From Paraspadella gotoi (taxonomy: Eukaryota; Animalia; Chaetognatha): a stretch of DNA of 64,000 bases. The first letter of the stretch is position 1. Each line of letters starts with the position of its first letter. Where the stretch lies: contig CM119266.1 in the NCBI GenBank assembly GCA_051294375.1, positions 10,193,677 through 10,257,676 of the forward strand, read 5' to 3'. Shown here one piece after another: positions 1-31,284 of the stretch. The translations under genes and the position numbers were made by a program. The notes under the pieces were generated by a model. It was not told the origin of the DNA, did not search any database, and saw only the letters and a list, made by a program, of their open reading frames with translations.

Positions 1-1965
1 GAGGCTAAAAATGGAAATGGAAATGCGTGGGCGGGTGACAGAGGAAGGAAGAGAAGAGAAAACGCCCGTGGGCGTTGAAAAGAATATTAAGGGAGAAAGG
101 GAGGTGGGGAGGGCGGGTAAATTTAAATGGAGATGGGGGGGGGTAAGTCTCGGGAGTAATTCGGGTGAATAAAACCATAACGATTGAAATGAATTTTAAA
201 ATAAAGTTACTAATAAAGTAATACTAATACGAATCGGTGACCGAAAGAAATTAAGTGTAATCACTCATCACTAATCACTAATCAGTAATGGCATTTATCT
301 TTCTTACTTTAAAATTATCTTTAGTAATAATTGCAAAAATAGTGGCATATTAGCTCGTATTTCCTTTCCTCCCTTTTCTAAGGAGGTGATTCGCGGTTTT
401 TAAAAAATTAAAGCAGAAAATCAAACGAAGCAGAAAACTAATTTATAGGAATTTTGGCGACAAAAAAAATCATTAAAATCGATTATTTTTTTATTTTGAA
501 GTTCATTGACTCCGCGATTACGTTAGTGATAAACTTAATTATTCTTCATGGATTATTGTACTAATCTTTGAGTGGAAAATAGGGGTAAGCACTGAAAGGG
601 TAAAAATTTGATGATGTTAGGAAACTAGAAAAGCGATTTTTTTTAAATAGACCGGTTTGTTGAGTTTTGAATTGTCTTTATGAAAGTAAAAAAAGTGCTA
701 AAAATTTGTTTTAGGTTAATTTAAAAACGAGACGTTTGGGAAGTAAAAAGGCGTCCATAACTAATGTCGTCGTGACTTTTTAACGTTAAAAAAAATTATA
801 GGAAGAGAAAAATGCATGATCCCAGGCGTTGTCGCTTATAAAATGACGTAGAAACTCGGCGCTGAAATAAAATATCTGAACTAGTATTAAGGCTTTAAGC
901 AATTGACAATGGGATTTACAAGCGAGAGAGAGATTAATGAAGGACAGAGTTAATACTAATTTATAATCTCCTTTGAATGTGATGTCTCTTTCACAACTAA
1001 TATATATAATATAATATAATATGAAATTGGTACAACCAATATAAAAATTATCCATTCATTTAATAAATAAGCTATCTTAATAGCTTAATATATATTTTTT
1101 TTTGAGAAGCGTAAAATAACTCTCGTGGGGAGAGAGCGCTGGATCGAGGGCGAGAACCCGCGCCCGTGAATGGATATAAATGAGGGGAGACCGCGGAGAT
1201 TAAAAACGAAGGCTAACGATTTTTAAGTAGGCTGTTGTGGTGAGAGGCCTTAACGAGATCGTGATTGGCGACAGCAAAGGAGGGCTGGAGCGGAGAGGGG
1301 GGGCAATGTTTGTCGGGAAGGGGGCAAGCATTAGAATATAAAAACGCGTGAGAAGCTAAGAGGTTTGAGATTGAATAACAAATAATTGTGAAAGCCAGGA
1401 TATTAGTCTTATTACTATTCGTGAGAATTGGTAGGTTAAGGGCTCATAGTGCCCTTTTTTGAACCTTAGATGGCAGAAATGAAAACAAACTGGCAGGGGG
1501 AAGCTCTGACAAAAAGACAAGGATGTAAATTGTGTAACGGAGAGGGAAGTGTGTGTCTGGTGATATTTAAATGGTGAACATAGGAGTTTATGTAGGAAGC
1601 GGAAGTGAAAACCAAAAAAAAAAAATGAATGTGGATAGAACGTGGGAAGAGGAGAAATTGAGGGTGGGAATTTTAAAAAAAAATAACGCTAGTCGTAATA
1701 TTCGCGATAGAAGGGCGCGAGAACGGAATGAGGGGGAGCTCAGGGGGGGGGCAGGGGAGCGAGGCGATTTAAAATCAGCGCCTTGATGTAAAAAAGAAAA
1801 AAAAAAATTGCAGGAGCGTCATCGATGGGGCTGAGATTTGCTGAAGAACGCTGCAGTCATTCCTGCAGAAAGTTCGATTGATATGAACACTGGGGCGAGT
1901 AATAGAATCTGGCAAATCGATAAGGTAAGGTAATTATTGAGTCGCGAGACGCGACGAGGTTTCAA

Positions 1966-1996
<31 letters not shown>

Positions 1997-2277
1997 GGAC
2001 GGCGATGGCGACGACGATGGCGACGACGATGGCGACATCGAAAACGTCGACGACGTCATCATCGTCATCATCATCATCATCACCAGCGACGCTCGGCTCA
2101 TCTCCGCGTCATAAAGACAACAACGAGGCTCGTAATACGAAGACAATCGCCACCGCGCCTTCGACGATTAGCGTCGGCGTCGATGAGGGCGGGACTGCGT
2201 CGATCTCCCCCCCACTATGTCCCCCCCTTGCTCGTCCTCGACGATCGGTCGCGGTATTGGGGGGGGGAGCGGGAAAT

Positions 2278-2343
2278 GAAGGGGTGAAAACTGAAGGGGT
2301 GAAAACTGAAGGGGTGAAGACTGAAGGGGTGAAGACTGAAGAG
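2278..2343 (+). repeat. 15-bp tandem repeat (gaaggggtgaaract) x4
   Basis: Seen directly; it produces the EGVKT repeats in the ORF track. Confidence 0.85.
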
Positions 2344-2965
2344 GGTTGGATTCGATTCCTGGTTTGTTTTTTAATGAGAGAGCGGGGGTGTTAGCGGGTG
2401 GGGGGCGAAGCTGCAATGATGAGACGTTTTTTTTGGTCATCGTCATTGTTAATGATGTCATTGTTGTTGTTGTTGTTTTTGCTGTGGTCGAAGGGATGGA
2501 CCCGGTTCATTTTAGAGAGGATTCTTTATCGAGGTAAAGTGTAAACAAAACTATGCAAATTCTAATATAAAGGGATCGTCAATGTCTTGGAATGTCTACT
2601 GATACCCAATTATTTATCGAGGACGAGTTATTATTTGCTGCCGCAGCTTTATATAAAGTTTTCGAAAAGCAGACATCACGATCACAACACTAACCCTCAC
2701 CCCCCCTTCGCAAGCTTTGTCTACCCTCGACCCTCGGACATCGAGATGCATTGATGATCTCTCTCTTTCTCTCTTTGTGTGTGTGTGTCTCTCTCTCTCT
2801 TTCAATTCCTGGAGAAACAATATTTTAATAACTTCGACCTTCGTCGCCGGTTCTCTATCACTCCGTCTCTTTCTCTCNNNNNNNNNNNNNNNNNNNNNNN
2901 NNCCTCTCTCTGATGCACGTCTCTCTCTTACTGCTCTCTTCTCTCTCTTCTCCTCTCTCTCTCTC

Positions 2966-3005
<40 letters not shown>

Positions 3006-3474
3006 TCTTCATTCACCGACCGCAGTGAGATTTCTCTCTCTCGCGAAAAGAAGATTCGTTCGACGCTAACAGAGAGCGATTCGCCAGCTTGCCGCTGTCG
3101 CCGCTGCTGCCCCTGCTGAGAAAAGTGAGGGACATAGAATTAGAAAGGGAAGAAAGGAAAGAGAAAATTAAAAATTCGAAGGCGAGATTCTAGAAGGAGA
3201 AAAAAAGGAAAGAAAAAAAAAAGGAAAGAAAAAAAAGGAAAATACGAAAAAAAAAAAGAAATTAATAAAAGAAGGAAAATATAAATTATTCGCAAACCAA
3301 ATGATTTTTTTTTTCCTCCCCCCTCCCTTGGCTCATCGTTGTGTGGAATTTTAATTTCCGCATAAAAAAGGTTTTAAGTTCGACTCGGGGAAAAGTCGTA
3401 ATCGATCGAATCTTCTCTGGACTTTGCTTGTGCTTGCTATATGCTTGCTTTGTTGATTCTTTATCTCTGCTCTC

Positions 3475-3533
<59 letters not shown>

Positions 3534-4008
3534 TCTTCTCTCTCTATCCACGATTCTTCCCGCCATCTCCCAGGGATCTTCTCATTGCGTCGCCGTCGAC
3601 TCGATCCTTGAAAATTTATCGAGCGACAGTTGTCCCGCGTGGACGCCTTCGACATTCACCGTCATTCGTCACGTCTGTTCACAATCACTATCACTGACAC
3701 TTGACTCTGTCATCGTTTTTCGCTTCGTCGTCGTTGCGGTTGTCGACCTCATCGATCCGGGACGCCCGACCCGCTGGGGGTACGCGCTGCCGCGAAAACA
3801 ACGAAGATAAAAGAGAGCAAGAAGAGAGGCAGAGAGATTTGACGGAGAGGAGAGAGCAGGGAGAAGAGAGAGAGAGACAGAGAGGAGATGAGGATCGAGA
3901 GAGAGATTGAGAGATGAGGAGAGAGACCTGTACTGGTTTTTATGCGTTCTAAGAAATTCCCCAGACCTGAATGAGTCAGGCCACGCAATGAGCCGGAAGA
4001 CGCGAAGA

Positions 4009-4654
4009 GTCACGTGACCGACGCGAATCCTAATGACAGGTCACGTGACATGTCAAGTCATGACATGTCTCGAAATCGGCATCGAATCGATTGACATTCG
4101 CTTCTTGAAGAGACTTCACTCGACCTCCTCTTTGTGATTTATTCCGCAAATGTATTCGTGAATTTGTGAGTTCGTGAACTCAGTCCTCTGCGATTCTTCA
4201 TTTTGTGACCAAAAAGGTTTTTGACTTGACAAATCGTACAGTTAATCGTGAACTGACAAAGTATTTACAATATTCCTTCATAATTCATAATGTATTTTTG
4301 TAAATTTCCTTTCATTTTACAATGTTCAAAAATAAACTTCAATTATATAATAATTCATTTTGTAGAAAGAGAGACATACGCGACGCATCTTCGACACGTG
4401 ACCCGAAGGCGAGGCGAGGCGCGAAAGGTCACGTGATCGGCGCGAAAATAATCGTTAGACGCCGGAAGAAGAATCGAAGAGGGGGGGAGAGAAATGGAAG
4501 GAGAGAAGTAAAATAAAGAGGAGGAGGAAGAAGAAGAAGAAGAAGAAGAAGAAGAAGAAGAAGAAGAACGGTGAGAGAAGATTAACGATGAGAAAGGAGA
4601 GAGGAAAGAATATGGATGTTGGGACAATCGTTTGTCATTCGTCACCATGGCGAC
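4009..4654. promoter_or_regulatory. Cluster of GTCACGTGA(C) E-boxes with an X-box-like site (putative promoter)
   Basis: GTCACGTGAC at ~4009 and ~4040, CACGTGAC at ~4395, GTCACGTGAT at ~4428, GTCACCATGGCGAC at ~4641. Confidence 0.35.
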
Positions 4655-5075
4655 GGAAAGAGAAAACGCGGTCTTTCAAGTCGCTAAGGATTTTGTTTGA
4701 ATCGTAAAATATTTTTGTTGGTTTCGTTGACATTTTTTAAGACTGATTTTGTTACTATTTTAAACTAAACATTAGAAATGACGCGTTCAAAAAAATAAAT
4801 TAAAGATAATTATCGCATGACTTCGGAATAGTTGGTAAAATTTTAAAGGCTATTTACTTTTAAGTAATCACCCAATAGCCTTCAGTTTATACTATTGAAT
4901 AAAGATAATCCTTCAACCTCTGCGCTTTTATTTTGATTGATTTCGTGATAAACAAAATCGTGACTTTATGACGGAATTTCTTTTTCCCCTTTTTTTCGAT
5001 TTTCGAGACGGCCTGGAGCTAAAAAAGATAAAATCTAATCATATGGTTCGCCAACGTCACCATTATTGTCCGGGG

Positions 5076-5292
<217 letters not shown>

Positions 5293-5465
5293 GGTATGAG
5301 AGAGCGATTCGTAGTTCGTAGTGACGCTGAGCGAAAAGAGGCGAGAAAGAGAGACGCCAATATTCGTTATCACGAAATCATTTTTAATAACAGTTATAAG
5401 AGAGAGGAAAAAGGAAAAGGGGAGATGGTGAGAGGAGAGAGAGAGAGAAGAGAGAGGAGAGAGAG

Positions 5466-5520
<55 letters not shown>

Positions 5521-6228
5521 TTTTCATGGGTTTTCATTGAGACTCGGAGTAAATGACCATGGAAGATTATCAAAGGATTTGGAGAACCGGGAAACCGGCG
5601 CCGGGACCGGGCCGCGCGGCGCCAGCACCCAGCCGGAAAAAAGGTGGGGGAATAGTCCGATGGATATCCAGGCAGTATGGAGGTGGATTGAAGAAAGATC
5701 GTCAGAGGAGTCACGAAGCGAATATGTGAGGATTATGAAAGTTACCAGGAGTATTGAGAACGAGAGAAAGTAAGTTGTAAATGGAGTGTTATATGGAGGG
5801 AGGTGAGGCCAGCCAAATCCAATGAGGGACGGCCGGGGTTTTATTTTTCTCTGCCCGGCACAGAAGTAGGAAGGGAGATGAGAGCGGTAAGTTGATGTGG
5901 AGAGGAGCGGGAGGGATGGAATGTGGAGCGGTAGAAGTGATGTAGGAGGGGTAGGGAGGGGAAAGAGCTGAATCGGAGGAAAGGTTAATTTGTTTTGCGT
6001 CTTATCTTTAGTTGGGTGCAGGGTTGGTCTTTGTTTTTAGCGAGGAACCTTGTCAAAGGATGGAGAAGAGGTTTAAAAAATTAAAGATGATAAATTTAGT
6101 GTTTGGAGAGCAAACAAAATTATCGGTGAACGAGCATATTGATTGGCGGGGAAGTAAGACTAGGGAAGGAAGTCAATAAGAACAAGGAATAGATACATAG
6201 TACTAGATAGATAGATAGATAGGATAGA

Positions 6229-6268
<40 letters not shown>

Positions 6269-6623
6269 ATAGAGGTCACACACCAAAAAGAAAATTTCTG
6301 AAAAAAAAGAATTAAAAATTTATATGGAGAAAACAATTTTAGAAGAAAGTGATGTATGAATTATTGGTCATTCATAAAAGTTGGTTTTAACAAAAAGTTT
6401 ATATAAACAGCTGGTTATTAGAGTCAAGTCGGAAAGAGAGTTTAAAGGACAAGCTTGGAATTAAGGGGATCGTCAGTCAAAAGAGATGATTTGAGGGGCG
6501 CCCGAGTACCGAATCCCGGGAATCCAGTGGGACGATAGAGATCGAAATGCTAGTTTCATCGCGAGGGTTAAATCATTTCCTCTTTCATCCGGGGACGACA
6601 TTCGTAAGCGGATAACAGAAAGA

Positions 6624-6659
<36 letters not shown>

Positions 6660-6677
6660 GAGCGAAACGAGAGAGAG

Positions 6678-6708
<31 letters not shown>

Positions 6709-7322
6709 ATGAGAGAAAATCGTAGCTGAACCTTGACTCATGCTCACTCTTACCGGTCTCCCAACAACACAACCCGAACTTACTCCTCTCGCTCTCTCTC
6801 CTCTCCTCTCCCTCGCTCTCCCTCTCTCTCTCTCTCTCCTCCTCTCTCTCTCTCTCTCTGCTCTCTCTCTCGTCTCTCTCTCTCTCTCTCTGCTCTAAAC
6901 GAAGCAAGTATCGCTGTCATACTATGCAAGTCTCAATCTTGTTCTCCTATATAAAACACGAAATAGGAATATCATTGTCAGACCGAAACGAGAATTTGCG
7001 AGTTTCTAGTTTCCGTTTTTGAGTCGATCTCGACGTCGGGGCTTTTTTCCTCTTTCTTCTTTCCTCTTTCCTCTTCTCTCTTTCACTTCCTCTTTCTGGT
7101 CCCTCCCTTCCTCCTTCTTGCTGTTGGGGCTTTTTTCCTCTTTCCTCTTCTCTCTTTCACTTCCTCTTTCTGGTCCCTCCCTCCCTCCTTCTTGCTGTTG
7201 GGGCTTTTTTCCTCTTCTTCTCCTTCTCTCTTTCTCTCTCTCCCTCTCTATCATTTTCTTTCCTCTCGCTCTTCTCCATACTCACTTCTCCCTCCCGGTT
7301 TTTTTTACTACTTATTTCTTTT

Positions 7323-7353
<31 letters not shown>

Positions 7354-7529
7354 CTTTCNNNNNNNNNNNNNNNNNNNNNNNNNTATCTTTCTATTCATTT
7401 CTAATTTCTTTTGTTCCAGTGAGACGTTATAATCTTTCTTCGTCTTTCTTTAAGATATCCACCTCCAATCCCTCTCTTTCTGTTTTTTCTTACTATCATC
7501 CTGTTATGTACTGAGAAAAAATATCAGAC

Positions 7530-7735
7530 TAAAAGCATTGAAAATAATAAAATTCTACAGTCTAATGTGAATAACATTGCGGTTTAAGATGAAATATCTT
7601 TTAAACTGAATCATGAGTTATTTACATTTGTTCTCATATCCATATACTTGAGTTACGTTTAAAACCAAGGTTATAATGCTATTCTCTAAAGTATATTCCT
7701 TAACTCCTTATATTCAAATAAGAATGATAGATATT
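7530..7735 (+). repeat. Dispersed ~200-bp repeat, with an inverted copy at 14398-14600
   Basis: ttgagttacgtttaaaaccaaggttataatgctattctcta matches the reverse complement at ~14444-14482, and flanking homology extends both ways. Confidence 0.75.
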
Positions 7736-9059
7736 CACCGTTTCTCACGAGAAGAAAAAAAAATGGATCGTTAGTTCGACTCGCGTCTCGAAGTTTTCTT
7801 TTTCGCTTTCGTGGGCAAAATCCGTAAAGTTACAGGGCGGTTCAGTCCGAGATTGAAAATAATTAGGCCCAAAATGAGATTATTTCTCTCGAACAACCCT
7901 GTAATTTTTATCTCGTTGTCGACGAGGATCTGAAGAATATCAATCTCCTCACGGTATGATACATATAATAAATCTCCCATCACTGTAATGCTTCGTTAGA
8001 TTAGACATTCCTTTCCCTCAAAATTAATTTGACACGTATGTCGTTAGATTTGAAAAGAGAAAAATGCCGTATCCTTCCTTGGCTATTAACTTCTGTCGCA
8101 TATAACGAGATGCCAAAACGCTCGGATATGAAAAAAAACGCGCATAAAGAAAAAAAAGAAAAAAAAATCGGAGACTCGTCTCGTGACGAGTTTATCGCCA
8201 TGGCAACGACTTAGCAACGACTTCGACAGCGACTCGAGACGCGGCTCGACGCTTTGCTGCCCAATTCGAGTTTTTCCTCATCTCCCTCACCCCTTTCCNN
8301 NNNNNNNNATAGAGACAGATGGACTGACTGACAACAACCCGATCCACGTTCTCGAATTATAAAACGCTCGAAGGGAAAACCCATTCGAGAAAATTGAAGC
8401 GCCTCCCATTTTGAAGGTCGGGAGAAGTAATACTCACCCAATATTGACGTTTTAGGGTTATTGGGTTAAGCGCTCGGAAGAAAAGATTGGGCAGGTTTGC
8501 CCAATAGGCAGGCTTGGCTCAAAGTGAAACTAGAAACGAGAGTTCTATTCTTATGAAAATGGGACGACCAACATAAAATCATTCATCTTTTTCAATAGAT
8601 AAGCTTTCTTGTCTCCTAACTTTTAACTGGCTATTTTGGGTTAAGTCCTACAAGGTAATAACATAAAATAGCATTGCCTTTCATCTAGACTCTCTCACAG
8701 ACTACTAGTTTATTAACTAACTGTTTTTACTAACAGTTTAAAATGAATATCGAATTATTAATATCTCTTCAGTCTTCACCTCCATCATCTCCGCGAGTGA
8801 AGAATCAGTTCAACCGCGGACTCGTGAATCACGTGATTATATCCCCGTTTTCTTCTCTTTCACCTTCTGTCTTAATCACCGACGATTTTAAACTCGTCAA
8901 GTGGCCGCGGCTTCAACGTCCTTGGCTGTCAGACGTCGTTTCCACTTTTTTTTTCTTTTAAAGAGGAAATCAGTGAAACATTGTCTCACGTGTGTCCTTT
9001 GCCTCACAATTTTCACTCACTTGTTCTTCTGAGAAGTTTCACTCATTTCTCTCATTCGA

Positions 9060-11395
9060 GCGAATCACTTGGGTATCGTCGTCTCACTCGTGTTTACGTA
9101 TGTCGTATGTCGTATGTTTACGTATGTCGTATGTGCCAACTTTTCGCTTAGCTTCATTCGATTGTCAAGTTTCGTCTTTAAGTCGTTGAGATCCCATCTT
9201 TTACACTCCGTCAATCTTGTTAAACCAGACGAGAATTCCAAATGGATTACTCAAGTTAATACGTAGTTTAAAAAAGAAAATAAAAGTAGGTAAACAAACT
9301 TTACTATGTATTATCGGTATGACGTTTTCAATCAGTTAGTGTAACAACTCAATAACAACTTAACGCGGTGTAAAAAACAAATTTACAATCATTCCCAAAT
9401 GGTTTGTCATCTTTGAGTTTTTAACGTCTTCCTCGTCGTCGTCGTCGTCGTCGACATCGCCCAACCTCCTCTTCAAAAGCTTCTTTGACGCCACATTGAA
9501 GATGCCTCGCCTCATCTCCGCCTCAGAGACCCCGATGGCAGCGGCGGCCGCNNNNNNNNNNNNNNNNNNNNNNNNNCGTCGGTCTCCGCCGCTGTCGTGC
9601 CTCGCGGCCCGGAGGACGCGGCGTTGAGCGCGGCGCGGCGGCGGCGGCGGCGGCAGGCCCGAGGACCCCGAAGATCCCGTTGCAGGGAGGTGCCAACGAT
9701 CTCGCGGAGTCCGGACTCTGGGGGTCGAAGCGATGGGGACTCGGATGTGGGAGAGGAGAATGTGAGAATGGAGAGGAGGGTTGTGTGAGGAAAATATCGA
9801 TGTGACGAGTTGTGAGTTGTGACACCGTGAAAACGAGATGGTGTTGAGATGAAGGGAGGGAAGTTTAGAGCAGGTTTCAATGTGATACAGGGAAAGTGAA
9901 AAAGTGATAGGGTAATTTTTAGTCAAAACTAAAAACTAATTTTAGCATTAACTGGTTTTTCATGGTTTTTGAATTTATGCAAATAAGAATTTTTATGTCA
10001 TGATTATTCTTTAAATCATTCAAATTTCAAGGACGAACTCATTGGCTGTCGCTCGTAGTTTTTTTAAAAATACATCTAAACATTTTTTTCATATTTTTCA
10101 TATTGGTCAGGAAAAATTGTTCTTACTCTGTACTTTCGCCTGGAGAAGAGAAAGATACGGTCGAGAGAAATTGGAAAGAATTGAAAAACTACGGAGGAAG
10201 TTTTAGAGCAGGGTTTCAATGTGATACAGGGAAAGTAAAAATGTGATAGGGGTAAGTTTTTAGTTTTTAGCATTTAACTGATTTTTTCATGGTTTTTGAG
10301 TAATGATTTAAAGAATAATCATGAACATAAAAATTCTCTATTTGCATAAATTCAAAAACCGATGAAAAAAAACATCAGTTATTAATGCTAAAATATGTTT
10401 CTTAGTTTTGACTAAAAAATTACCCCTATCACTTTTTTCACTTTCCCTGTATCACATTGAAACCCTGCTCTCTAAACTTCCCCCCTTACAATCTCGTTTC
10501 ACTGATGTTCACAATCACAACTCTCACATCGATATTCTCCCTCACACAAACCCTCTCCCCTCCATTCTCACAATTCTCCTCTCCCCACACTCGCCGGAGT
10601 CGCCCATCGCTTCGACCCCCCAGAGTCCGGACTCCGCGAGATCGTTGGCACCTCCGGAACGGGACTCTTCGGGGTCCTCGGCTCTGCCGCCGCCGCCGCC
10701 GCACGCCGCCCGCGCTCAACGCCGCGCATCCTCCGGGCCGCGAGGCAGACAGCCGGCGGAGACCGACGCGGCCGCCGCTGCCATCCGGGTCTCTGAGGCG
10801 GAGAGATGAGTGGCGCAGGCCATCTCTCAATGTGGCCGTCAAAGAAGCTTTTGAAGAGGATTGGAAGATTGGGGGCGGAATTAGTCGACGACGAAGACGA
10901 GACGAGGAAGCACGTTAAAAAACTCAAAAGAGTGACAAAACCATTTGGAATGATTGTAAATTTTTTGTGTTACACCGCTAGTTCACCAGTGTGTTATATG
11001 AAGTTAGTCGTACACACTAACATTGATCTTGAAACGTTTCATACTCGATAAACATAGTGTAAAGTTTGTCATATACCGTAATTTTTTTTCTTTTTTAAAG
11101 CACTAACGTATTTAACCTTGAAGTAACCATCCATCTTGGAATTCTCGTCTAGCGTTTAACAAATTGGACGGAAGATGTAAAAGATGGTGATCTCAACGAC
11201 TTAAAGACGAAACTTGACAATCGAAAACTGGAAGCCAAGCGGAAAAGTGAGCACCATACTACATCTACCCCGTAACCGGATCATTTACGACATATTTACG
11301 ACATACGATTCATACCCCTAAACAGCCGACGTGATGAGACGACTATACCCCACAGTGAAGTGAGTTCCCCACTACAGAATGCTGGAGAAGGAGAN
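9060..11395. repeat. ~1-kb inverted duplication (9060-10021 vs 10302-11395) plus a short direct duplication 10023-10197 / 11420-11597
   Basis: Reverse-complement match. The second arm carries many single-base insertions and ends at an N gap. Confidence 0.85.
9360..9745 (-). CDS. Possible terminal exon of an unidentified gene
   Basis: GC-rich coding-like block after a pyrimidine tract (ESPSLRPPESGLREIVG..GVSEAEMRRGIFNVASKKLLKRRLGDVDDDDDDEEDVK..), interrupted by an N gap. No family recognised. Confidence 0.3.
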
Positions 11396-12375
11396 NNNNN
11401 NNNNNNNNNNNNNNNNNNNAAATTTCAAGGACGAACTCATTGGCTGTCGCTCGTAGTTTTTTTAAAAATACATCTAAACATTTTTTTCATATTTTTCCAT
11501 ATTGGTCAGGAAAAATTGTTCTTACTCTGTACTTTCGCCTGGAGAAGAGAAAGATACGGTCGAGAGAAATTGGAAAGAATTGAAAAACTACGGAGGTAAT
11601 GAGGCTCGGGGTTAATACAGGGTGGATAGAAAGAAGAGATTGGATGAAGGGAGATAAAGAAAAATAAGAAAATAATGTATTTTTATTTGTTTCTTTTTTT
11701 TTTATTTCAATAAGAGACGCACCAGCCCCTCTCCTAAAGAAAAAAAAAGAAAGAAAGAGCAAAAAAAAAAAGCAAGTTTGGACGAAGAGCGATTTCGGCC
11801 GACGAATTCTCCTAATAGATATGACCTTCAAACATCATTACGACGGTTTTCGAATTTCACGGAAAACCACAATTACACTTGGGCAAGCTCGACCGAATGC
11901 TTGGTCGTCGTTGTTCTTAAAAATGGCTTTTCCAATAGATGCGTTAATTTAGAATCTTGAACGAGAGGTTTTTTCTGTACCTAGGATGAAAATATTACGG
12001 GATTTCTTGGGTAAAGTATTCATTTTAAGGTCTTTGCATTTTCGTTGCGCTTGTTCTATGAATTTTTGTTTAGATTAAAAATGGAAACTTGAAGTTAAAT
12101 TGCTGAGGCGGAGTACAGAAAATAATTTACCGCTGAAGAATAGAGAAATGCAAAAAAATTATAATAGAGTTTTTTTTTTTCTAATATCATTCAAATAGCT
12201 GATAAAATCATTAAAGAATGAGAAAATTCTCCGAGTCGAAAATTAAATCTTTTCATAACCGCGGAGTAAAAAAAATCGCGAGGTGAAAATTTTGCGCATC
12301 GTCGTCGTCGTCGTCGTCGTCCTCTCAAATTCATTTGAATTTTTGAATGAACTGAATCTTCATCGCCCAGAGAGA

Positions 12376-12472
<97 letters not shown>

Positions 12473-12884
12473 TAGTTAATTCAAAGTATGGCCGAATAAA
12501 GCGTAAAAGAAATTACGATCTAGCAACCATATGAAAATGGTACAACCAATATACATACGGAAGATATCCTGAATTGCTAAATAATTTGCCAAATTAAAAA
12601 TAATAGAATCTCGTGTCGAATTTATCAATAATGTTTCAACTTTACTTCTTCAAACAATGAACAAAAATAATGATAACAAAATACGTAATTAAAACAAAAA
12701 CATAACAAAGCAAAGCAAAGCGTGAGTGACTTCAGCTTGATTAAATAATTAAGTAAGCAAATATTTTCGTTTCATGTGGGCTACAACCCTGTAACCTTAT
12801 TGAGTGGACTTTTGAATTGTATCATGATGTTGTGAGAATTTAAAACGAACGAATTTTTAGTTCATTAAGTATAAAATTATCAAA

Positions 12885-28988
<16,104 letters not shown>

Positions 28989-29580
28989 GACGACGCGACG
29001 AAAAAAAGGCGAAGAGGATTAAGGGATCAGGAAGTCACGTGACGGACGCGTGATCGAAACGGAAGATGCCCCCCCCCCCCACACGATGGTCGGGGTTGGA
29101 GAAGGGATAAATTAGGAATCTTGAAGAATTTTGTGGACATGAGGGAACGCCCAAAATCGAAAAAGCAGAGAGAGATTTGTACCGATAGCGTTAAGGTAGA
29201 AGTTGAAAGCATTTATAAATGTGAAGTTAATTTGCGAATTAACCGAATGCGATGCAGTTTCGGGAGCTGACGCAAAACTTATTCCAAAATTGATATCTGA
29301 AATCGTAAAAACCGACTGAAGTTAAATAAAAACGTAGTATCCGAACAGATTTTACAGTTTAATCAAATAGAATGAAAGTTTTCATTTTGTAAAATAAAAA
29401 AAAAAAGAAAGAAAAACTCGGTTAATTTTTATATCCAAACTGAGTTTTGCCCAGTAGGATTTTTTGGGTTCATTGTAGTCTTTTCATCGAGGGGGAAAAA
29501 AAAGGATAAAAACTTCGCCGAACCGGAAAATGAAAACTGGATGAAAGCAATAAAATTGGTCGAAACTTGGGTTCGTGCCT

Positions 29581-29621
<41 letters not shown>

Positions 29622-29996
29622 TTGTAGTCAGGTTGTCGTCGTCGTCATCGGTGTCGTCTTCCCTTTCACTGTATCCGTCTTTGATATCTTGGCCATATCT
29701 GTCTTCCGATGTCCTCGATGTCTCTCTCTTGGTTATATCATCGTTTGGATATTTTTCGTTGTCGTTTTCGTCGTCGTTGTCGTCGTTGTTTTCGTCGTCG
29801 TCGTCGTCGAGGGGTCGACGATCGATGTATCCACGGCCTCCTCGGCTCCCGCTGTCCTCGTTTCCCCATCTCTCTTTTTTTTTTGAATGAAACTTATCCT
29901 GCGACTTACCTTCGTGTGTCCGTCTGGTCTGAAAAAAATGAGGAATTCCAGGAAGATCCAGGAAAGTAAAGGGGATGAAGGGAAGGGAGGAAGGCA

Positions 29997-30084
<88 letters not shown>

Positions 30085-31284
30085 TTTGATTTGTTGCGTG
30101 AGATAAGGATATTCCTATGAGAATTTATTAGAGAAATATTGTAAAAAACGATGAGGGAGTTTTTTTCCGAATATCAACGGCGGAGGTTAAAGAGGAGAAA
30201 TGAGATCAAAATCGAGGAAGGAAAAAAATATATATTTTGAGATAAAAACAAGAGCCTTCATTCCCGAAAGCGCCCCATTTCAACTTATATTCAGAATTAA
30301 CCTAAATTCAGGATTAAGTTTGTTCTTATGTTTAATAATTAGCTTAATAGGTTAGGGGGTTAAGGTTAACGACAAGGTTATTGATGAGGGATAGCGATTA
30401 GGTTAGATTTAGTTGTGGTTAGAGATTGGTATAAACTTTTGAAAACAGATTATGTAAGGATTAGGATTTTAAAAGGGCGCTCTCAAAAAATAGTGCCAAA
30501 ACAGGATATTAAATCCTGCGTTTGATCAGTCTCCATGTTCTCACCTTCTTTCTCTCTTTGGTTAGCAGCGTAAAACAATTTATTCCAGCAGCGGCTCCTC
30601 TTTCTCCTGTATCTAATTGATTCTTTCTCATTCGAATACTAAAAGTAAGTGAAGAGCGAAATTCCTTTATAAATCTTGTTTTTCCTTATTTAAAGAAGCA
30701 TTATCAACTAACTTTTGGGAGAGTATCAGCTTACAGCCTTTCTCGGTGTTTCATTATTTTCTCCCCACAAAGAGCAAAATTGCTTTTTTTTGTCATTTAG
30801 CCTTTAAGGGGACTGTGTCATTTTTGGGGTCCAGATATGAAAGTGGGCCAATTTTGTGAATGAACTTCCTCTGACATTGATCATCTTTGACAGAAGTCAC
30901 AGATCTCTTATCTTCTTCACAAGCAAAATTTTATATTCAGGCTAAACACTTACACACATTCTAGCATATGGACTGATGCTAAAGCCAGAATGACGAGTAT
31001 GACTCAATTTAAAGCTTAAAAATAACGCTACGTATTTCTCAACTAAAAAAGTTTAGATAAGAGAAATTAATAGCTTACAGGATGAATGCGAATGGGAAAA
31101 TGGCGATTGACTGAGAAGTTTTATCTTTTACGCCTTTGAATAATTATGATTTTATTGATTATATTGATTACCTATTGATTAACAAATCTGGATGCTGTGC
31201 ATCGCGATAGATCAGTATGGTCATCTTGGTCAGTATGTCCTGTTGTCTGTCTGTCCCCTATATCATCAATAAGAGAAGGAAGGT

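Noticed and set aside
1-1900. Genes or elements in the purine-skewed start of the window (also 5530-6200 and 19230-20640)
   Set aside because: No coherent ORF, splice pattern or motif; it looks like low-quality or highly degenerate sequence.
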